Of a stretch of DNA of 64,000 nucleotides, positions 47,525-55,900 are shown piece after piece. The translations under genes and the position numbers were made by a program. Each line of letters starts with the position of its first letter. The stretch's first letter is position 1. The notes beneath the pieces were generated by a model, which was not told where the DNA came from, did no database searches, and saw only the letters and a list, made by a program, of their open reading frames with translations. Location of the stretch: assembly GCA_016200665.1 (NCBI GenBank), contig JACQEG010000019.1:6126-70125 (forward strand), in the 5' to 3' direction. This DNA comes from Chloroflexota bacterium (GTDB taxonomy: Bacteria; Chloroflexota; Limnocylindria; Limnocylindrales; CSP1-4).

Positions 47525-48241
47525 GTGATCCCGCTCCGCGATCGCAATCCGACGCGCCGGACGCCGGTCGTCACGTTCGGCCTCATCGCCGCCTGCTTCG
47601 CGGTCTTCCTCCTGGAGCTGTCGATCAGCCTGTCTGGCGGTGACGCGGCGCTCGGGCGGTTCTTCAACGAGTGGGGCGCGGTGCCGGCGCGGATCAGCGC
47701 GGCGCTGGCCGCCGGCAACGACCTCGCGCCGGCGATGCTCACGACGATCACGAGCCAGTTCCTCCACGGCGGCTGGCTGCACATCCTGGGCAACATGCTG
47801 TTCCTGTGGATCTTCGGCAATAACGTCGAGGATCGGCTGGGGCGGATCCCGTTCCTCGGCTTCTATCTCCTCGGCGGGATCGCCGCGGCCCTGACCCAGG
47901 TCTGGATCGACCCCTCGTCGCACGCGCCGCTCGTCGGCGCCTCGGGGGCGATCGCGGCGGTCCTCGGCGTGTACTTCGTGCTGTGGCCGGGGGCGAGGAT
48001 CCTGTCACTCGTCTTCCTCGGCTTCTTCTACCAGCTCCTCGAGGTGCCGGCCCTCATCGTCCTCGGCTACTGGTTCGTGCTCCAGCTCGTCAGCGGCGCG
48101 GCGTCGCTCGGCGCCGAGACCGCGGCGAGCGGCGTGGCGTTCTTCGCGCACATCGGCGGGTTCGTCGCCGGGGCGGTCGTCGGGTTCGTCCTCCGGATGA
48201 CCGGCCTCGGGCGCGGGCTGGGGATGCGCCCGCCCGGCTGA
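47525..48241 (+). CDS. Rhomboid-family intramembrane serine protease
   Basis: Motifs seen are the GxSG catalytic motif GASGAIAAVLG, the catalytic His AHIGGFVAG, and FLHGGWLHILGNMLFLWIFG. Confidence 0.88.
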   Translation: MIPLRDRNPTRRTPVVTFGLIAACFAVFLLELSISLSGGDAALGRFFNEWGAVPARISAALAAGNDLAPAMLTTITSQFLHGGWLHILGNMLFLWIFGNNVEDRLGRIPFLGFYLLGGIAAALTQVWIDPSSHAPLVGASGAIAAVLGVYFVLWPGARILSLVFLGFFYQLLEVPALIVLGYWFVLQLVSGAASLGAETAASGVAFFAHIGGFVAGAVVGFVLRMTGLGRGLGMRPPG

Positions 48242-48245
48242 CCGA

Positions 48246-48260
48246 TGGGATAATCCAGGG
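48246..48260 (+). promoter_or_regulatory. Putative extended -10 (TGgGATAAT) giving a leaderless transcript
   Basis: GATAAT lies at 48249-54 with TG at 48246-47. ATG 48261 begins 7 nt after the hexamer, and there is no SD. Confidence 0.45.
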
Positions 48261-49001
48261 ATGGACCAGCTGGTCGAGATGGTCGTGGAGAGCGTCCGGG
48301 TCCACATGCTCTCGAACCGCCACGTCGTCATCCTCAAGGACGTCGAGGGCTCACGCTACCTGCCGATCTGGATCGGGGCGTGGGAGGCCAGCGCGATCGC
48401 GATGCGCCTGCAGGGCCTGACCGCCGAGCGGCCCCTGACCCACGACCTGTTCGCCGCGACGCTCGAGCAGCTCGCGGTCCGGATCGACCGGGTCGTCATC
48501 TCCGAGCTCGCCGACGAGACCTACCACGCCAGGCTGTACCTCGAGCGCGACGGTGTCGAGGTCGAGGTCGATGCCCGGCCGTCGGACGCCCTGGCCCTCG
48601 CGGTGCGTGGCGAGGTGCCGATCTTCGCCGCGGAAGCGGTCCTGGAACAGGCGGCGCTCGGTGGCGACCCGGATGCCGACGAGGCGGTCGGCGACGAGGA
48701 CGCGGCCGGGTCGGGGAGCGGGCCCGAGGGCGGCGCCGGCCAGGGCGGGACGGGCGGGACGGGTCGCCGGCGGCGGATCCCGCTCGAGCGGGTCGGCGAG
48801 GGCATCGTCGATCCGCGCCTGGACCTCTTCCGGGACTTCGTCAACTCGCTCGACATCGATCCTGGCTCAGCCGGTGGCGGAAGCGGACCGGCCGCGGGCG
48901 GCTCCGGCGGTCCAGCGGGCTCCGGGGGTCCCGGCGGTCCGAAGGCGCCCGGCGGTCCTGGCGGCCCGAAGACGCCCGGCGGTCCGAAGAGCCGGGGCTA
49001 G
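48261..49001 (+). CDS. Bifunctional-nuclease (BFN/DUF151) domain protein with a Gly/Pro-rich C-terminal tail
   Basis: Motifs seen are VVILKDVEGSRYLPIWIGAWEASAIA, THDL and DARPSDALALAVR, typical of DUF151. Confidence 0.8.
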   Translation: MDQLVEMVVESVRVHMLSNRHVVILKDVEGSRYLPIWIGAWEASAIAMRLQGLTAERPLTHDLFAATLEQLAVRIDRVVISELADETYHARLYLERDGVEVEVDARPSDALALAVRGEVPIFAAEAVLEQAALGGDPDADEAVGDEDAAGSGSGPEGGAGQGGTGGTGRRRRIPLERVGEGIVDPRLDLFRDFVNSLDIDPGSAGGGSGPAAGGSGGPAGSGGPGGPKAPGGPGGPKTPGGPKSRG

Positions 49002-49796
49002 TCAGCCGCCGAGGATCGGGCGGCCGCGCCGCAGCGCGCTCCGCGGGCTGGCCCACAGCCGCAGCCGCAGGTTCCAGAAGTCACGAACGGCCCGGAGGAC
49101 GACGGACGGCTTCGCGCCGGTGGCACTGCCGGCGACGCGGGGGTAATGCGGAACGCCGACCTCGGCGATGTGGTGGCCGGCGGCCTGGAGCTTGATGAGC
49201 AGCTCGGCCGAGAAGAACGCCCCGCCGGACTCGACCGAGATCCCATCGAGCGACGACCGCCGAAACGCCTTGCAGGCGCAGTCGACGTCGCGGACCTTCA
49301 GGCCGAAGAAGATCCGATTGGCGAGGCGGTAGAGGCGGGCGTAGACGGTCCGCACGAGCGGATCGGCGCGCCGGATCCGGAAGCCGACGACGGCATCGGG
49401 GACCGGCCCGGCAGCCCCGCCGGGAGCGAGCACCGCCAGGAGCCGGCCGAGGTCCTCGACGTGGAACTGCCGGTCGCCGTCGGTGAAGGCCAGCACGCCG
49501 AAGCGCGATGCCGCGAAGCCGCTTCGGAGCGCCGCGCCATAGCCGAGGTTCGTCGGATGATGGACGGCCCGCACCTCCGGATGGGCGGCGGCGAGCTCGT
49601 CGGCGAGCCGCGGCGTGGCGTCGCGCGAGCCGTCGTCGACGATGACGATCTCGAAGCGGGCGGCCAGGCCCGGCAGCGTGGCGAGCGCCTCGGCGACGAG
49701 CGCCGGCAGGTTGGCCTCCTCGTCGTGTGCCGGGAAGAAGTACGAGAGCTCGGGAACGCGCGGCGTGCCGTCGGCGGCAGGCGATGGTGTCGTCAT
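49002..49796 (-). CDS. GT2 polyprenol-phosphate glycosyltransferase (DPM1/Ppm1/GtrB-like)
   Basis: Motifs seen are IVIVDDGSRDAT, NLGYGAALRSG and FTDGDRQF. 264 aa. Confidence 0.88.
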   Translation of the reverse strand: MTTPSPAADGTPRVPELSYFFPAHDEEANLPALVAEALATLPGLAARFEIVIVDDGSRDATPRLADELAAAHPEVRAVHHPTNLGYGAALRSGFAASRFGVLAFTDGDRQFHVEDLGRLLAVLAPGGAAGPVPDAVVGFRIRRADPLVRTVYARLYRLANRIFFGLKVRDVDCACKAFRRSSLDGISVESGGAFFSAELLIKLQAAGHHIAEVGVPHYPRVAGSATGAKPSVVLRAVRDFWNLRLRLWASPRSALRRGRPILGG

Positions 49797-49803
49797 CGAT
49801 CGG

Positions 49804-51387
49804 TCATCCCGTCCCGTTCACCGCACCCATGACCTCGTACACGGCGAGGCTCCCGGACCCGGCAACGATCTGCAACTGGTACACGGCCTGGACCCCGGCG
49901 AGGTCGCCGGGATTGGCCCGGATGATGTAGACAGGTCGAGTCCCCAGGAATGCTGAGATCGCGCCGTTCGCGCTCCCGTAGCCACGGTCGATGATGGTGC
50001 GGTCGTCGATGACGGCGATGTCCGGTCGCCGGCGGTCCACCAGCTCCGCGTACCACAGCGGCGTCGAGGTGCTCCACCAGCTGACGACGACCGCGTCCTG
50101 CGCCAGGTGCGGCAGGACGTCGTCCAGCCACAGCGAGGCGTCCGTCGCCGCGTGCCGATCCGCCGCCCGGCGGTGGGCATCGAGCGCCTGCAGGCTGGGC
50201 AGGAGCAGCGCCGCGGCCACGATGACCGAGGCGGCGCCCATCGCCGGGCCCAGCGACCCGCGACGCGCGAGGGCCGACCACACGGCGACGATCAGGTCGA
50301 CCGCCATCGCGGCGAGCATCGCGACCCAGGTCCAGGCCCACAGGACCGGGCCGAGGTAGTAGCGGTTGATGTCGGCATTCGAGTACGACGCGTTGAAGAC
50401 CACCGTGATGACCATCGCGACGCCGGTCAGGAGCGCGTACCGCGGCGCTCGCCTGAGCGTCGCCAGGAAGCCGAAGGGCACCAGGAGCGCGGCGATCCCG
50501 AGCTGGCCCTGGGCGAACGTCCAGAGGTCCGCGGCCTTGCGCCCGAGGTCGTCGAGCGGATGGGACAGCGAGCCCCGGAACTGCTCGGCCAGGGCGATGT
50601 ACCAGAAGCCGTCCCACGTGTTGGGCCGGGCGTAGACGAGTGGCGCCGGCAGCAGGCCAGACCGGATCGGCAGCTCGAGGTAGACGCCCGCGACGGCGAC
50701 CGCGAGCGCGATGACGCACGCACCGACGAACCGCGGCCGGCGGACGATCCCGGGCTCGACGGCGAGGACGTACAGCCCGATCGGCGGGGCGAGGAGCAGC
50801 GTCAGCGAGTGGTTGCCGGCCGACAGGCCGAATGTGGCTGCTGCCGCCACGAGCCAGCGATCCGCGGTCGCCGGGTTGGATCCTCGGGCCGCCTCCCAGC
50901 CCACGAGCAGCAGCAGGATCAGCGCGACGAAGAACAGGTGGAGGGGATGGGGATCGGCCCGGGTGGCGTTGGCCCAGACGACGGGGGTGAGCGCCAGGCC
51001 CAGGCCGGTCGCAACCCCGATCGCGAGCGAGGCCGTGAGCCGGCGCACGAGCTCGACGGTCAACGCGGCGGCGCCGGCGACGGCGAGCAGCGACAGGATG
51101 TTGATCCGGAACGCCGGCTCCCCGAACGGGGTCAGGACGAGGTTCGCCACCCAGCCGATGAGGACGTACGTCGGATAGCCGGTCGGATGCGCAGTGCCGA
51201 GGATCGGCAGGACCGTCTGGAACTCGCCGGTGTCCCAGAAGCCGACGCCGGGCATGAGGCCGCTCCAGGCGTTGACGACGACGATCGCGGCCACGGCGAT
51301 GGCTGCCCCTGCGGGTTCCGCCGCGGACCAGGCGCGGGACGGCCGCGACGCAGGCCCGCTGGGCAGGCGCCCGAGGTCACCAGCCAA
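49804..51387 (-). CDS. DUF2723 (TMEM260-like) GT-C-fold glycosyltransferase-like membrane protein
   Basis: The motifs FWDTGEFQ and HPTGYP lie near the N-terminus. The protein has many TM helices and a soluble C-terminal domain. TTG 51387 overlaps the upstream gene by 11 nt, and the start is uncertain. Confidence 0.78.
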   Translation of the reverse strand: MAGDLGRLPSGPASRPSRAWSAAEPAGAAIAVAAIVVVNAWSGLMPGVGFWDTGEFQTVLPILGTAHPTGYPTYVLIGWVANLVLTPFGEPAFRINILSLLAVAGAAALTVELVRRLTASLAIGVATGLGLALTPVVWANATRADPHPLHLFFVALILLLLVGWEAARGSNPATADRWLVAAAATFGLSAGNHSLTLLLAPPIGLYVLAVEPGIVRRPRFVGACVIALAVAVAGVYLELPIRSGLLPAPLVYARPNTWDGFWYIALAEQFRGSLSHPLDDLGRKAADLWTFAQGQLGIAALLVPFGFLATLRRAPRYALLTGVAMVITVVFNASYSNADINRYYLGPVLWAWTWVAMLAAMAVDLIVAVWSALARRGSLGPAMGAASVIVAAALLLPSLQALDAHRRAADRHAATDASLWLDDVLPHLAQDAVVVSWWSTSTPLWYAELVDRRRPDIAVIDDRTIIDRGYGSANGAISAFLGTRPVYIIRANPGDLAGVQAVYQLQIVAGSGSLAVYEVMGAVNGTG

Positions 51388-52858
51388 GGATGTTGCCCCA
51401 GATGACGCCCCAGGCGTTCACCAGCATCGACACACCGATGAGCGCGACGCCGAGCAGCCCGACGCCGTTGCGGCGTGCCATCCCGACCGCGACGAGCGGC
51501 AGGGCGAACGGCACGAAGTCGTTGCTGAAGCGGTAGCCGAACTGGACCCAGCCCTGGCTGAAATGCATGAGGTTCACGAGGCCGATGACGACGACCGCGA
51601 GGAAGGCTCCGGCGACGAGGCGCGACCGCCCGCCGCGCAGCGCGGGGAGCAGGAGGAGATACGCAGGGCTCGTCAGCAGGATGCTCATCCCGACCGCCTG
51701 GGGCATGGCGATGGGGCAGGTCGGGTCGAAGACGTCACGGGTCGCGCCGGGCTCGGTGCAGGCCGGATCGCCCGGCGTCCCGAAGACGGTCGGCAGGGGA
51801 TCCGGCATCACGGCCGGCGTCGACAGGAACAGGATCTCGAGGTTCTGGGGCAGGTAGCGGGCATCCTCGATCGACCACGCCGGGTGGTAGTTCAGCGACG
51901 CATAGCCGCTCGCCTCGAGCCGGTATTGGTACTCGTAGCCCGGGTGGAACACGTGCCCGGTCGTGGCCACGTTGTAGCCGAGCAGGAGCGCCAGCGGGAT
52001 CGCCGCGCCGAGCGCCGCCGAGGCGCCCCGCCGGAGCCACGAGCCGCCACTCCCGACGAACAGGAAGAACGGCGCGCCGAACGCGACGGTGAGCCGCGCC
52101 GTGCAGGCGAGACCGAAGAGCAGGCCGGCCACGAGCTGGCGGCGATCGATCAGGCTCGCCGGTGCTCGCAGGACCGCGCTGACGCTGCCGCCGATCGACC
52201 GCACCGAAGGCAGGTCGTCGACCTCCTCGTCGGCCGCGGCGTCGCCGCCGAGGACGACGCCGACCGCGAGCAGCGCGAACGTGACGGCGACGACGTGGGC
52301 GAAGAACCACGTCGTGCCGAGCTGCGCGGCGTACCAGAACACCGTCCCGAAGGCGAAGAAGACGGTCGTTGCGAGGCGGATCCGGCGCGACACCGCGAGC
52401 TTGCCGAGAGCCCACCACGCGATGCCGACGTCGAGCGCCCCGAACCACACCGACACGAGCCGGTGGTCGGTCGCGAGACCCCACAGGGCGACGAACGGCA
52501 TGAGGATGACCGCCGGCAGCGGAGGGAACGGCAGGAGCGCCCCGATCGTCTGGCCGGTGGCGTCCCGAACCGGGTAGACGTCCTGGAAGTAGGCGTTGCC
52601 CGGGCCCGCGGCGCTCGGCTCGACCGGCCAGTCGAGCATCGCCCGACCGTGGAGGAAGGCGTCGGCCTGCCAGACGAAGTGATTGAAGAGGCGATCGTGA
52701 CCGGGCAGCCAGTAGGCGGCCAGCGCCAGCCCGACGAGGACGATCCCGACCGCGGCGGCGGGGACGGCGTCAAGCCATCGCGCCAGGGGTTCGACGATCC
52801 TGAGGGGGTCTCGTGGCGTCACCGGATGGTCGACTGCCGCGTCCGGAGCGTCGGCCAC
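51377..52858 (-). CDS. GT-C-fold (ArnT/PMT-like) integral membrane glycosyltransferase-like protein
   Basis: GTG 52858 has GGGAGGG about 9 nt upstream. The 493-aa protein is polytopic. The family is inferred from topology and context only. Confidence 0.65.
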   Translation of the reverse strand: MADAPDAAVDHPVTPRDPLRIVEPLARWLDAVPAAAVGIVLVGLALAAYWLPGHDRLFNHFVWQADAFLHGRAMLDWPVEPSAAGPGNAYFQDVYPVRDATGQTIGALLPFPPLPAVILMPFVALWGLATDHRLVSVWFGALDVGIAWWALGKLAVSRRIRLATTVFFAFGTVFWYAAQLGTTWFFAHVVAVTFALLAVGVVLGGDAAADEEVDDLPSVRSIGGSVSAVLRAPASLIDRRQLVAGLLFGLACTARLTVAFGAPFFLFVGSGGSWLRRGASAALGAAIPLALLLGYNVATTGHVFHPGYEYQYRLEASGYASLNYHPAWSIEDARYLPQNLEILFLSTPAVMPDPLPTVFGTPGDPACTEPGATRDVFDPTCPIAMPQAVGMSILLTSPAYLLLLPALRGGRSRLVAGAFLAVVVIGLVNLMHFSQGWVQFGYRFSNDFVPFALPLVAVGMARRNGVGLLGVALIGVSMLVNAWGVIWGNILGW

Positions 52859-52911
52859 CCTGTGCTACCCTCCCAACCACCCCAACGCTCGTCCTGGAGG
52901 CCGTTTCCGGT

Positions 52912-55900
52912 TTGACACGCCCCGCGCGGAGTGACGCCGGAACGGACCGAAGCGGCATCATCGCGCTGCTGGTCCTCGGCCTCGCCCTGCGGTTCATCAT
53001 CGCATACCTCCTCCCGGGCTCCGGCTTCAAGGTCGACATCGACTCGTTCCAGTTCTGGAGTGGGAACCTCGCGGCCAACGGCCCCGGCGGCTTCTATGAC
53101 CGGCCGTTCTTCCACGACTACACGCCGGGCTACCTGTACGTGCTGTGGCTCATGGGCGTGGTCACGGCCGTCATCGGCCACCCGGTCACGATCCTCGGCT
53201 CGACGTTCACCTCGATCGACCTCCTGAAGCTCCCGCCAGTCCTCGGCGACCTGGCCATCGCCTACCTCGCGTGGTCGATGTCGCGCGAGCTCGGGGCGAG
53301 CGAGCGGAACGCGCGAATCGCCGCGCTGATCGTCGTCGTGAACCCCGTCACCTGGTTCGACAGCGTCCTGTGGGGCCAGGTCGACTCCGTCGGGGTCGTC
53401 GTGCTGCTGCTCGCCCTGCGCGAGCTGTGGCGCGATCGGCCCGAGCGCTCCGCGGTCCTGGCGATGCTCGCCGCGCTGGTCAAGCCGCAGCTCGGGATCC
53501 TGATCCCGATCGTGGCGGCGGTCACGATTCGACGCGCCCTGTGGCCGGACGGCCGCTACGGCCATGACGATCCCGACGCGATCACGTCGGGCGGGGCGAC
53601 CTCGTGGGAGCGGCGGGTCACGGGCCCGATCCGGATCCTGACGACGGGCGCCGCCGGCCTGTTGACCGCGATCCTCCTGTCCCTTCCGTTCGGGCTCTCG
53701 CTGCCGGGCCTGATCGCCCAGCTGTTCAAGACCGCGGCGGGCTACCCGTACGTCTCGGTCAACGCCTACAACCCGTGGGCGCTCGTCAGCCAGAACGGCC
53801 ACGGCATCGCCAGCGACCATGCCTGGGTCTGCGACTCGACGATCGCCGCGGGCGGGCCGACCGAGTTCCGAATCGGGCCGTTCGTCATCCCCGACTTCGG
53901 GTCGCCGGGTTCCACGTTCTCCTGCCCGGATGGCTTCATGGTCGGGGCCCTGCCCGCCGCCGTGGTCGGGATGGGCCTGTTCCTGCTCGTGGGGGCGCTC
54001 ATCGTGTGGCTGGTCGCCCGGCGGCCGGACCGCCGGACGATGCTCGTCGGCCTGGCGGTCCTGTCGCTGGCGTTCTTCGTCCTGCCGACCCGCGTCCACG
54101 AGCGCTACCTGTTCCCACTCGTCGGCGTCGCGGCGATCGTCGCCGGCGTCTCGCTGCGGTGGCGGGTCGCCTACATCGTCGCGTCGATGGCGATGCTCGC
54201 GAACATGTACGCGGTCCTCACGACCCTGTACCCGGGCAACCCGGGGATCAGCGACTGGCTGAAGGTCGGCGACGTCCTGACCTCGTGGTCCGGCGTGGCC
54301 GCGGCGGCAATCGCCCAGTTCGTCGTGTTCGTGTGGGCGTGCCTCCAGCTCCGCGAGGACGCGTCGGAGGAGCTGCAGGCCGAGATCGAGGGCGACATCG
54401 GCGGCGGTCCGGGTGACCGCGTCGGGGGCGGGCGCCGCAATTGGCTCGAGCGGACCTGGGACCGGTTCGGCGGCCCGGCGGGCCCGGCAGGCCTGGCCCC
54501 GCCGCTCGTCGGGGCCCGGGATGTCACTGCGCCGCTGGCGGCCGGCCGCGGCCCTTCGGACGGCTCGTCGGCGGCACCGACGCCCCGCGGGCCGGACGCC
54601 GACGTGGCGCTCATGCCCGCGTGGGACGACCGAGATGGCGCGGCGGCGGGGCCGCTCGGCTGGGTGAAGGCGCGGTTCTTCGATCGGCCCATCCGGGCGG
54701 ATCTCAGCGGTGCGCTGGCCCACGAGGCCGGCGGGAAGCTCGACAAGCTCGACCTGTGGATCGTGCTCGTCCTCGTCGCCAGCCTCGCGACCGTCCGCAT
54801 CTGGCGGCTCGCGGAGCCGTACGACATGCACTTCGACGAGGTCTACCACCCGCGGACCGCCACCGAGTTCCTGCAGCTGTGGCGCTACGGGATGTCGCAT
54901 GACATCTACGAGTGGACCCACCCCCACCTCGCGAAATACGCGATGGCGGTCGGGATCATGGCCCTCGGCGACGACAAGACGACGGCCACGGCCGACCTCG
55001 GGCTGCCGGGCCTGCGCGACGCCGAGGTGGAGACCCGCTGGGACGATGCCGCCGTCCACGCCCGCTCGGGTGACCGGCTGTGGCTCGCCGGCGATGGCCA
55101 GGTCCGGGCCTACGACCTCGCCACCCGTGACCTGATCGCCACCTGGTCCGTGCCCGGCGTGACCGCCATCAGCGTCGACGGCGCGACCCACCGGCTGTTC
55201 ATCGGGACCGCCAACGGCGACATCCTGACGATCGACACGGCCCAGCTGGATTCGCTGCGGGCGACGAACACACCGGCCCAGCCAAATGCCGGCACCAGCG
55301 GCGCCCCCGCGCCAACCGTGGACGCCCTCGCCTGGACGACCGTCGGCGCCGCGATCGACCGCCTCCACGCTGCGGGCGATGGTGCCGCTCTGGAGGTCGT
55401 CACCGGAGACGTGGCCGCGGCACAGCTCATCACGATCGATGCCGCGTCGACGGCCGAGACGGGCCGGCTCGACGTCGCGGACGTGACGGCCATCGTCGAC
55501 CACGGCTCGGGCAGCGTCGTCGTTGCCGACGCTGCCGGGGTCCAGTTCGTCGACACCTCGACGGGCGCAGCGACCGCGACGGTCCGGCTCGACGGCAGGA
55601 TCGGCGGGCTGACGGGGACGAGCGGCCTCAACGACAACCCGCTGTACGCCTCGTACCTCGCGAGCGACGGGCCAATGCTGGCGATGGTCGTGGCCGGCAC
55701 CGGAACGGGCGACGCCCGGGTCACGACCCAGTTCCGGCTGCCCGGCGACGCCGCCGGACCGGTGGCCTTCGACGCGGCGAGCAAGATGCTCCATGCCGTC
55801 GGGACGTCACCCGGAGACATCGATCGCGGAAGTGGCTCCCGAGCAACCGTCTACGTCGTCAACCCGAACGGAACCCCTGCGGCGAACTCGGTCTACGCCG

